IMG/VR virus record: IMGVR_UViG_2690316148_000006
DNA length: 5,372 nucleotides
Source of the DNA: a virus
Taxonomy: Duplodnaviria > Heunggongvirae > Uroviricota > Caudoviricetes
Direction: 5' to 3' (one strand)
Within the stretch, counting starts at the first letter, position 1. Each line of letters begins with the position of its first letter. The notes beneath the pieces are model-generated. The model was not told the origin of the DNA. It did no database searches and saw only the letters and a program-made list of their open reading frames with translations. Both the position numbers and the translations under genes were made by a program. This document shows, one piece after another, positions 1-5,372 of the stretch.

Positions 1-83
1 TGGTAGTGTCCGCTATTGCCAGTACACCTCACTCTGACGGAGAGTTTGTGGCAGTGGCTGCGGTGACCGTCAGCGCACCATAA
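1..83 (+). CDS. 3' end of an upstream tail gene, probably the major tail protein (lambda V-like); 5'-truncated by the window
   Basis: Open frame from codon 3..5 to TAA at 81..83, translating ...VVSAIASTPHSDGEFVAVAAVTVSAP*. It sits immediately upstream of a G/GT chaperone pair, which is where the major tail protein gene lies in lambda-like phages. Only 26 codons are visible, so the identity is by synteny rather than by sequence. Confidence 0.45.
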   Translation, partial: VVSAIASTPHSDGEFVAVAAVTVSAP

Positions 84-102
84 CAGGACGATACTCATCA
101 TT

Positions 103-125
103 GCCCCGGTTATCCGGGGCTTTTT
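103..125 (+). terminator. Intrinsic-terminator-like hairpin between the V-like gene and G
   Basis: Perfect 7-bp GC-rich inverted repeat GCCCCGG (103..109) / CCGGGGC (114..120) with a 4-nt loop TTAT, followed directly by TTTTT (121..125). It lies in the 58-nt gap between the upstream stop (81..83) and the G start (142). Confidence 0.5.
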
Positions 126-141
126 GCATCCGGAGAACATG

Positions 142-528
142 ATGTTTCTGAAACAGGATACGTTTAATTATGAAAAACAGTCCGTGGTGCTCAGTGAGCT
201 GTCCGGGCTGCAGAGAATTGAATATCTGACGTTTGTTCAGCAGCGAACGGCAAAGTTTGATGCACAGGAGGGAGAACTGCCGGAGGCTGAACGACAGATT
301 GCTTTTCTGCGTATGGGAATGGATATCAATGCCTGGCTGGTTTCCCGCTCACTGTGGAATGCTGAGCAGTCTCAGGATGTTGAGACGCTTTGCGCATCCA
401 TTATGACAACATGGTCGTATGATGCGCTGGGCGCGGGGGCGGAGAGGGTTCTGTCGCTGAGCGGTATGGGGACCATTGAGAATGCCGGGGATGATGATCA
501 TGAGGCGCTGACGCCGGAAAAGTCCTGA
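142..528 (+). CDS. G: Tail assembly chaperone (lambda gpG-like)
   Basis: ORF ending at TGA 526..528. The protein begins MFLKQDTFNYEKQSVVLSELSGLQRIEYL, resembling lambda gpG (MFLK...TLSELSALQRIEHL, from memory). GGAG at 132..135 gives a 6-nt spacer to the ATG at 142. The ATG at 139 and the TTG at 124 used by the ORF track are less likely starts; TTG 124 overlaps the terminator T-run. Confidence 0.85.
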   Translation: MFLKQDTFNYEKQSVVLSELSGLQRIEYLTFVQQRTAKFDAQEGELPEAERQIAFLRMGMDINAWLVSRSLWNAEQSQDVETLCASIMTTWSYDALGAGAERVLSLSGMGTIENAGDDDHEALTPEKS

Positions 529-866
529 CGCGGGAAATGCAGTTTGTCATGCGGCTTGCCCGGGAGTTCCGGCGGGCAGACTGGCGGCGGATGCTGTCGG
601 ATATGTCGGCCACTGAGCTTGGTGAGTGGGGCGATTATTTCCGGATGCAGAGCTTCAGTGATGTGTGGATGGATGCGCAGTTTGCCTCGCTGAAGGCATT
701 GATCGTGAGAATGGTGTCCGGCAGCAGCGATGCTGCGGTGGCTGATTTCAGCCTTTTACCGGAAGAGAACGGGATACCGGAGCGAACGGACGAAGAACTG
801 ATGCATCTTGGGGAAGGTATTTCCGGAGGTGTGCGTTATGGACCAGATAGCCAACCTGGTCATTGA
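142..866 (+). CDS. T: Tail assembly chaperone GT fusion made by a programmed -1 ribosomal frameshift near the 3' end of G (lambda gpGT-like)
   Basis: The -1 frame relative to G is closed by TGA at 501..503, opens at 504 and runs to TGA at 864..866. The only window for the shift is therefore 504..526, and it contains the A-rich heptamer GGAAAAG at 516..522. The arrangement matches the conserved G/GT frameshift of lambda-like tail gene clusters. The T-frame portion alone has no plausible independent start; ATG 537 is downstream of the slip site. Confidence 0.7.
516..522 (+). promoter_or_regulatory. Candidate -1 frameshift slippery heptamer G_GAA_AAG (G to GT)
   Basis: Zero-frame codons GAA(517..519) AAG(520..522); -1 codons GGA(516..518) AAA(519..521). 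This is a one-base variant of the lambda heptamer G_GGA_AAG and the only slippery-looking site in the 504..526 window where both frames are open. Confidence 0.55.
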
Positions 867-2839
867 TTTGGGGATTGATGCGGCAGAGTTTAAAAATGAA
901 ATTCCCCGTATCAAAAACCTTCTGAATGGTGCAGCCAGCGATGCAGAACGGTCTTCTGCCCGTATGCAGCGTTTTATGGAGCGTCAGACTCAGGCGGCCC
1001 GGCAGACAATGCAGGCGGCTTCTTCGGCTGCAACAGCAGCATCAGCCCATGCGCAGACGGGTTTGTTCCACCTCACGGGCCATGCGTTCATGAGCCNNNN
1101 NNNNNNNNNNNNNNNNNNNNNNNNNNNNNNNNNNNNNNNNNNNNNNNNNNNNNNNNNNNNNNNNNNNNNNNNNNNNNNNNNNNNNNNNNNNNNNNNNNNN
1201 NNNNNNNNNNNNNNNNNNNNNNNNNNNNNNNNNNNNNNNNNNNNNNNNNNNNNNNNNNNNNNNNNNNNNNNNNNNNNNNNNNNNNNNNNNNNNNNNNNNN
1301 NNNNNNNNNNNNNNNNNNNNNNNNNNNNNNNNNNNNNNNNNNNNNNNNNNNNNNNNNNNNNNNNNNNNNNNNNNNNNNNNNNNNNNNNNNNNNNNNNNNN
1401 NNNNNNNNNNNNNNNNNNNNNNNNGAGGAACAGGCCACCCGGCAGAAAGCGGCGTTTATCCGCCAGCTTAAAGAGCAGGCAACCCGCCAGAATCTGTCGT
1501 CTTCTGAGTTGCTTCGCGCCAGGGCGGCTCAGCTGGGGGTAAGCAGTGCTGCAGAAGTGTATATCCGCAAAATGGAGCGGGCAGGAAAAGCCACACATTC
1601 GCTGGGGCTGAAAAGTGCGGCAGCCCGGCGGGAGCTGGGGGTGTTAATCAGTCAGATGGCGCGCGGCAATTTTGGTGCGCTGAGGGGATCCGGGATAACG
1701 CTGGCTAACCGTGCCGGATGGACAGGCGCACTGATGTCGCCGAAAGGCATGATGACTGGCGGCGTTATTGGCGGACTTGTCGCGGCGGTCCTGGGTCTGG
1801 GTAAAGCCTGGCATGACGGCCGGAAGGAGGGCGAGGAATTTAACCGTCAGCTGGCGCTGACGGGACATTATGCCGGTGTCACTGTCGGGCAGTTGTGGAA
1901 ACTCAGCCGGGCCATATCCGGGAATGGTATCACGCAACATGCGGCAGCCGGTGCGCTGGCACAGGTGGTGGGCAGTGGGGCATTTCATGGAAACGATATT
2001 GGTATGGTGGCGAAAGCTGCCGCACAGATGGAGCGATCGGTTGGCCAGTCGGTCAGCGATACCATAAATCAGTTTAAGCGGCTGAAGGATGATCCTGTAA
2101 ATGCCGCGAAGGCGCTGGACAATGCGCTGCATTTTTTGACTGCCACTCAGCTTGAGCAGATACGCGTCCTTGGGGAGCAGGGGCGGTCCAGTGATGCGGC
2201 CCGGATCGCCATGTCTGCGCTGGCAGAGGAAACCGGTAAACGCACATCTGATATTGATAATAATCTCAATGCGCTGGGTAGTACGCTGCAAACCTTGTCT
2301 GACTGGTGGAAGCAGTTCTGGGATGCGGCCATGAATATTGGTCGTGAAGACTCGCTGGATGCGCAGATTGATGCGTTACAGGAAAAAATTCAGCGCGCGA
2401 AAAAATATCCGTGGACAAACGCCTCCACACAGGTGGAGTACGATCAGCAGCGTCTTAACGATCTTCAGGAGAAAAAACGCCGGAAGGATTTGCAGGATGC
2501 AAAAGCGCAGGCAGAACGGAATTACCAGGAGCAACAGAAACGCCGGAATGCTGAAAATGCCGCGCTGAACCGGATGAATGAAACGGAANNNNNNNNNNNN
2601 NNNNNNNNNNNNNNNNNNNNNNNNNNNNNNNNNNNNNNNNNNNNNNNNNNCAGAAACGCCGGAATGCTGAAAATGCCGCGCTGAACCGGATGAATGAAAC
2701 GGAAGCTGCACGACATCAGCGTGAAAATGAACGTTACGAAAAAGCCATTAAGAAAAATACACGGGCAACCCGTAATGATGAGGCCACCCGGTTATTGCTG
2801 CTGCCAGACAGTCAGCAGGCATTGCCACTGAAAGGATGA
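838..2839 (+). CDS. H: Tail length tape measure protein (lambda gpH-like), N-terminal and central part; interrupted by two N runs and ending at a frame break
   Basis: ATG at 838 with GGAGGT at 826..831 (6-nt spacer). The N-terminus MDQIANLVIDLGIDAAEF resembles lambda gpH (MAEPVGDLVVDLSLDAARF, from memory). After the first N run the protein continues in the +0 phase from 1425 with a Gly/Ala-rich hydrophobic segment (GALRGSGITLANRAGWTGALMSPKGMMTGGVIGGLVAAVLGLG) and coiled-coil-like K/R/E/Q-rich sequence typical of tape measure proteins. After the second N run it continues in phase 2 to TGA at 2837..2839. Phase changes coincide with the N runs. Confidence 0.7.
1097..1424. other. Run of 328 N (assembly gap or masked sequence) inside the tape measure gene
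   Basis: Contiguous N characters. The tape measure frame is phase 1 before the run and phase 0 after it, so either the length is not exact or the hidden sequence contains a frame-changing feature. Confidence 0.95.
2535..2704 (+). repeat. Exact 54-bp direct repeat (2535..2588 and 2651..2704) immediately flanking the second N run
   Basis: CAGAAACGCCGGAATGCTGAAAATGCCGCGCTGAACCGGATGAATGAAACGGAA occurs identically on both sides of the N run. Copy 1 ends at the last base before the Ns and copy 2 starts at the first base after them. Both copies encode QKRRNAENAALNRMNETE in the tape measure reading frame. Confidence 0.8.
2589..2650. other. Run of 62 N (assembly gap or masked sequence) inside the tape measure gene, flanked by identical 54-bp sequences
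   Basis: Contiguous N characters. The frame goes from phase 0 before to phase 2 after; it becomes consistent if the Ns plus one repeat copy (116 nt) are removed. Confidence 0.95.
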
Positions 2840-3936
2840 CTGAAGCGCATAAACAGCTTCTGGCCCTGCAGCAGCGCATCAGCGACCTGGACGGGAAAAA
2901 GCTGACGGCAGATGAAAAGAGTGTGCTGACCCGTAAGAATGAGCTGATTCAGGCGCTGACGCTGCTGGATGTGAAACAGCAGGAGCTGCAGAAACAGACA
3001 GCGCTTAACGACCTGAGAAAAAAAACGGTTCAGCTGACCAGCCAGCTGGCAGACAAAGAACGTGCACTGCGTGAGCAGCACAATCTGGATATTGCCACTG
3101 CAGGTATGGGGGATAAGCAGCGGCAGCGCTACCAGGCACAGTTGCGCATCCGGCAGGAATACCGGCAACAGTTGCAACAGCTTGAGAATGACAGTCGCCA
3201 GAAAGGCACTTACGGGACGGAGGACTACCGGAGGGCTGAGGAGGTGCTGAAGGGGAGCCTGAAGCGACAACTGAATGAAAACAAACGCTACTGGCAGGAA
3301 CTGGAAGTGGCGCAGGGCGACTGGAAAAACGGTGCCATGCGGGCGTTTCAGCATTTTACGGCGGATGCGGATAATGCGGCGGGAACGGCAGAACAGATGT
3401 TTACAGTGGCATTCAGCAGTGCCGGTAATGCACTGGCGACATTCTGTACCACCGGTAAGCTGAATTTTAAATCCTTCACCTCTTCCCTGTTGTCAGATAT
3501 GGCCAGAATTATGGCACAGATGGCCATGATGCAGGCGGTAAAGGGCGTCGGTTCTTTATTCGGCTTCACGACTAATGCTGATGGCGGTGTTTACCAGTCT
3601 GCTGATTTGAGTCGCTACAGTGGCACGGTGGTTAACCGTCCGACGTTTTTTGCTTTTGCAAAAGGCGCGGGTGTGATGGGGGAAGCGGGACCTGAAGCCA
3701 TTCTGCCACTGCGTCGCGGTGCTGATGGTAAGCTGGGGGGTGTGGCGGATACTGGTGGTTCAGGCATGGTGATGTTTGCCCCGCAGTACAACATTGAGAT
3801 CAATAACGATGGCACGAACGGGCAGATAGGTCCGGCTGCCCTGAAGGTGGTTTATGACCTCGGGAAAAAAGCGGCCGCGGACTTTATGCAACAGCAGGCC
3901 CGTGATGGTGGCCGGTTAAGTGGAGCATACCGGTAA
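2836..3936 (+). CDS. H: Tail length tape measure protein (lambda gpH-like), C-terminal part; same gene as 838..2839, either a separate cistron joined by an ATGA overlap or the downstream half of a frameshifted gene
   Basis: A 366-aa ORF whose C-terminus, ...NIEINNDGTNGQIGPAALKVVYDLGKKAAADFMQQQARDGGRLSGAYR*, matches the conserved lambda gpH C-terminus (INNDGTNGQIGPAALKAVYDMARKGARDEIQTQMRDGG, from memory). Its frame is open from 2782. The ATG at 2836..2838 overlaps the upstream TGA at 2837..2839. The stop TAA at 3934..3936 overlaps the M start at 3936. Confidence 0.8.
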   Translation: MTEAHKQLLALQQRISDLDGKKLTADEKSVLTRKNELIQALTLLDVKQQELQKQTALNDLRKKTVQLTSQLADKERALREQHNLDIATAGMGDKQRQRYQAQLRIRQEYRQQLQQLENDSRQKGTYGTEDYRRAEEVLKGSLKRQLNENKRYWQELEVAQGDWKNGAMRAFQHFTADADNAAGTAEQMFTVAFSSAGNALATFCTTGKLNFKSFTSSLLSDMARIMAQMAMMQAVKGVGSLFGFTTNADGGVYQSADLSRYSGTVVNRPTFFAFAKGAGVMGEAGPEAILPLRRGADGKLGGVADTGGSGMVMFAPQYNIEINNDGTNGQIGPAALKVVYDLGKKAAADFMQQQARDGGRLSGAYR

Positions 3937-4265
3937 TGGAGACGTTTCACTGGAAAGTGCGCCCGGATATGAATGTGGTATCAGAGCCGAAAGTGGTGAC
4001 AGTGAAGCTGGGCGATGGTTATGAACAGCGTCGTGCGGCGGGACTGAATAACCAGTTGTCGACTTACAGCGTGACGATACGTGTTCGTAAAGGTGAACAC
4101 CCATTTTTAAAAGCCTTTCTGGAACGGCACGGTGGCGTCCGCGCATTTCAGTGGACGCCACCTTATGACTGGAAGCCGATCAGGGTGGTTTGTCGTAAAT
4201 GGTCGGCAAGCGTGGGGGCGTTGTGGGTAACCATAACGGCAGATTTTGAACAGGTCGTGGCATAG
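3936..4265 (+). CDS. M: Minor tail protein M (lambda gpM-like)
   Basis: A 109-aa ORF, METFHWKVRPDMNVVSEPKVVTVKLGDGYEQR...FQWTPPYDW...ADFEQVVA, closely resembling lambda gpM (MKTFRWKVKPGM...FGDGYSQR...WTPPYEW...AEFEQVVN, from memory). Same size and same position between H and L. The start overlaps the H stop as TAATG. Confidence 0.9.
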   Translation: METFHWKVRPDMNVVSEPKVVTVKLGDGYEQRRAAGLNNQLSTYSVTIRVRKGEHPFLKAFLERHGGVRAFQWTPPYDWKPIRVVCRKWSASVGALWVTITADFEQVVA

Positions 4266-4274
4266 GAGGCTCTG

Positions 4275-4973
4275 ATGCAGGATATTCCACAGGAAACACA
4301 TCATGAGACGACACGCCTCACTCAGTCAGCCCAGGTGGTGCTCTGGGAAATCGATCTGACAGAGGTCGGTGGTGAACGTTATTTTTTCTGTAATGAGCAG
4401 AACGAAAAAGGTGAGCCGGTTACCTGGCAGGGGCGGCAGTATCAGGCATACCCCATTCAGGGGACGGGATTTGAACTGAACGGCAAGGGCAGTGCTGCCC
4501 GTCCGACACTGACGGTTTCTAACCTGCACGGAATGGTCACCGGGATGGCGGAAGACCTGCAGAGTCTGGTCGGCGGAACGGTGGTCAGGCGTAAGGTTTA
4601 CGCCCGTTTTCTGGATGCGGTGAACTTCGTCAACGGAAACAGCGACGCCGATCCGGAACAGGAGGTGATCAGCCGCTGGCGCATCGAGCAGTGCAGCGAA
4701 CTGAGCGCGGTCAGTGCCTCTTTTGTGCTGGCCACACCAACGGAGACGGATGGCGCGGTTTTCCCGGGGCGTATCATGCTGGCGAATACCTGTATGTGGA
4801 CTTACCGTTCTGATGAGTGTGGTTACACGGGCAGGGCAGTGGCTGACGAGTTCGACAAACCAACGACGGATATCCGGAAGGACAAATGCAGCAAGTGTAT
4901 GCGCGGGTGTGAGTTGCGCAACAATACCGGTAATTTCGGCGGTTTCCTTTCCATCAATAAACTTTCTCAGTAA
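4275..4973 (+). CDS. L: Minor tail protein L (lambda gpL-like); C-terminal Cys cluster consistent with an Fe-S binding domain
   Basis: A 232-aa ORF with AGGAGG at 4264..4269 and a 5-nt spacer to the ATG at 4275. It begins MQDI and contains VVLWEIDLTEVGGERYFFCNEQNEKGEPVTWQGRQYQ and ...FGGFLSINKLSQ, matching lambda gpL over nearly its whole length as I recall it. Conserved cysteines lie in ...LANTCMWTYRSDECGYTG...KDKCSKCMRGC... Confidence 0.92.
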   Translation: MQDIPQETHHETTRLTQSAQVVLWEIDLTEVGGERYFFCNEQNEKGEPVTWQGRQYQAYPIQGTGFELNGKGSAARPTLTVSNLHGMVTGMAEDLQSLVGGTVVRRKVYARFLDAVNFVNGNSDADPEQEVISRWRIEQCSELSAVSASFVLATPTETDGAVFPGRIMLANTCMWTYRSDECGYTGRAVADEFDKPTTDIRKDKCSKCMRGCELRNNTGNFGGFLSINKLSQ

Positions 4974-4977
4974 ATCC

Positions 4978-5372
4978 ATGACACAGACAGAATCAGCGAT
5001 TCTGGCGCACGCCCGGCGATGTGCGCCAGCGGAGTCGTGTGGCTTCGTGGTGAGAACGCCGGAGGGAGACAGGTATCTTCCCAGCGAGAATATCTCCGGT
5101 GAGCCGGAGGAACGGTTCCGGATGGCTCCGGAGGACTGGCTGCGGGCACAAATGCAGGGTGAGATTGTGGCGCTGGTCCACAGTCATCCCGGTGGTCTGC
5201 CCTGGCTGAGTGAGGCTGACCGGCGGCTGCAGGTGCAGAGTGATTTGCCGTGGTGGCTGGTCTGCCGGGGGGCGATTCACAAGTTCCGCTGTGTGCCACA
5301 TCTTACCGGGCGGCGCTTTGAGCACGGGGTGACGGACTGTTACACGCTGTTCCGGGATGCTTATCATCTGGC
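4978..5372 (+). CDS. K: Tail assembly protein K (lambda gpK-like), N-terminal MPN/JAMM domain; 3'-truncated by the window
   Basis: ATG at 4978, 4 nt after the L stop (4971..4973), open to the window end. Translation MTQTESAILAHARRCAPAESCGFVV...EIVALVHSHPGGLPWLSEADRRLQVQSDLPWWLVC...RRFEHGVTDCYTLFRDAYHL closely resembles lambda gpK. It contains a JAMM-type H-x-H-x7-S-x2-D motif (HSHPGGLPWLSEAD, nt 5179..5220). The ORF is absent from the supplied track, presumably because it has no stop inside the window. Confidence 0.9.
   Translation, partial: MTQTESAILAHARRCAPAESCGFVVRTPEGDRYLPSENISGEPEERFRMAPEDWLRAQMQGEIVALVHSHPGGLPWLSEADRRLQVQSDLPWWLVCRGAIHKFRCVPHLTGRRFEHGVTDCYTLFRDAYHL

Larger units (their letters stand above)
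1..5372 (+). mobile_element. Lambda-like (lambdoid) siphovirus or prophage tail morphogenesis module, partial
   Basis: Co-directional, tightly packed or overlapping genes in the canonical order V-G-GT-H-M-L-K, with recalled lambda similarity highest for L, K and the H C-terminus. Whether this is a free phage, an intact prophage or a defective prophage cannot be told from this window. Confidence 0.7.

Noticed and set aside
124-141. TTG start at 124 (and ATG at 139) for gene G as given in the ORF track
   Set aside because: TTG 124 overlaps the T-run of the upstream hairpin and has no Shine-Dalgarno. ATG 142 has GGAG at good spacing and reproduces the lambda gpG N-terminus MFLK. ATG 139 remains possible but its spacer is only 3 nt.
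401-613. 70-aa minus-strand ORF across the G/T junction
   Set aside because: Antisense to the G and T frames, Ser/Arg/Pro-rich, with no start context; judged spurious.
537-866. T as an independently initiated gene from ATG 537
   Set aside because: No ribosome-binding site precedes 537, the frame is open upstream to 504 through the G 3' end, and in lambda-like phages T is made only as the GT fusion. Annotated as the frameshift product instead.
808-1542. Track ORF 808..1542 as a single 244-aa protein, and ORF 1509..2684 starting at M1509
   Set aside because: Both are artefacts of reading through the N runs. The real tape measure start is ATG 838. The part of the phase-1 frame after the first N run (…RNRPPGRKRRLSASLK…) is junk, while the true continuation is phase 0 from 1425, upstream of the ATG at 1509.
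1644-3569. Minus-strand ORFs (1644..2291, 2147..2332, 2376..2711, 2522..2716, 2812..3354, 3348..3569) and short + strand alternative-frame ORFs (1870..2067, 1895..2077, 2152..2334, 2338..2568, 3062..3250, 3275..3463) inside the tape measure gene
   Set aside because: All overlap the tape measure coding frame, some span N runs, and their products are compositionally biased with no recognisable similarity. The tape measure homology is carried by the + strand frames described. A nested gene cannot be strictly excluded but nothing supports one.
4326-4979. 217-aa ORF on the minus strand, antisense to the whole of gene L
   Set aside because: It lies entirely inside a strongly supported + strand gene. 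Its translation is Arg/Pro/His-rich and low-complexity, typical of antisense frames in GC-rich coding DNA, and it has no recognisable motif or ribosome-binding site. Treated as a spurious shadow ORF.
4967-5367. Two overlapping minus-strand ORFs (4967..5299 and 4993..5367) antisense to gene K
   Set aside because: Same reasoning: Pro/Ala/Arg-rich antisense translations of a well-supported gene.
1-5372. Possibility of a novel defence or accessory system in this window
   Set aside because: Every readable base is accounted for by conserved tail-morphogenesis genes in canonical order with minimal intergenic space. I found no integrase, toxin-antitoxin-like small ORF pair, CRISPR repeats, or tRNA. 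Only the hidden 328-N segment could conceal anything, and that cannot be assessed from this sequence.

Overview
The whole window is the tail-morphogenesis module of a lambda-like siphovirus or prophage (enterobacterial type), all on the + strand in lambda gene order: 3' end of a major tail protein gene (V-like), an intrinsic-terminator-like hairpin, tail assembly chaperone G, the overlapping -1 frame T (G-T programmed frameshift), a long tape measure gene (H-like), minor tail proteins M and L, and the 5' part of K. The family assignments rest on recalled similarity to phage lambda proteins, not on a search. The tape measure gene is interrupted by two N runs (1097..1424 and 2589..2650) and by a real frame break at about 2836 that is visible in unmasked sequence. 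The second N run is flanked by an exact 54-bp direct repeat, which looks like an assembly contig-overlap artifact. I see no RNA genes, CRISPR array, integrase or transposase, and no evidence of a defence system or other novel cargo in the readable sequence; the most interesting points are the non-canonical G-T slippery heptamer and the split or frameshifted tape measure gene. All minus-strand ORFs in the track look like antisense artefacts of GC-rich coding DNA.
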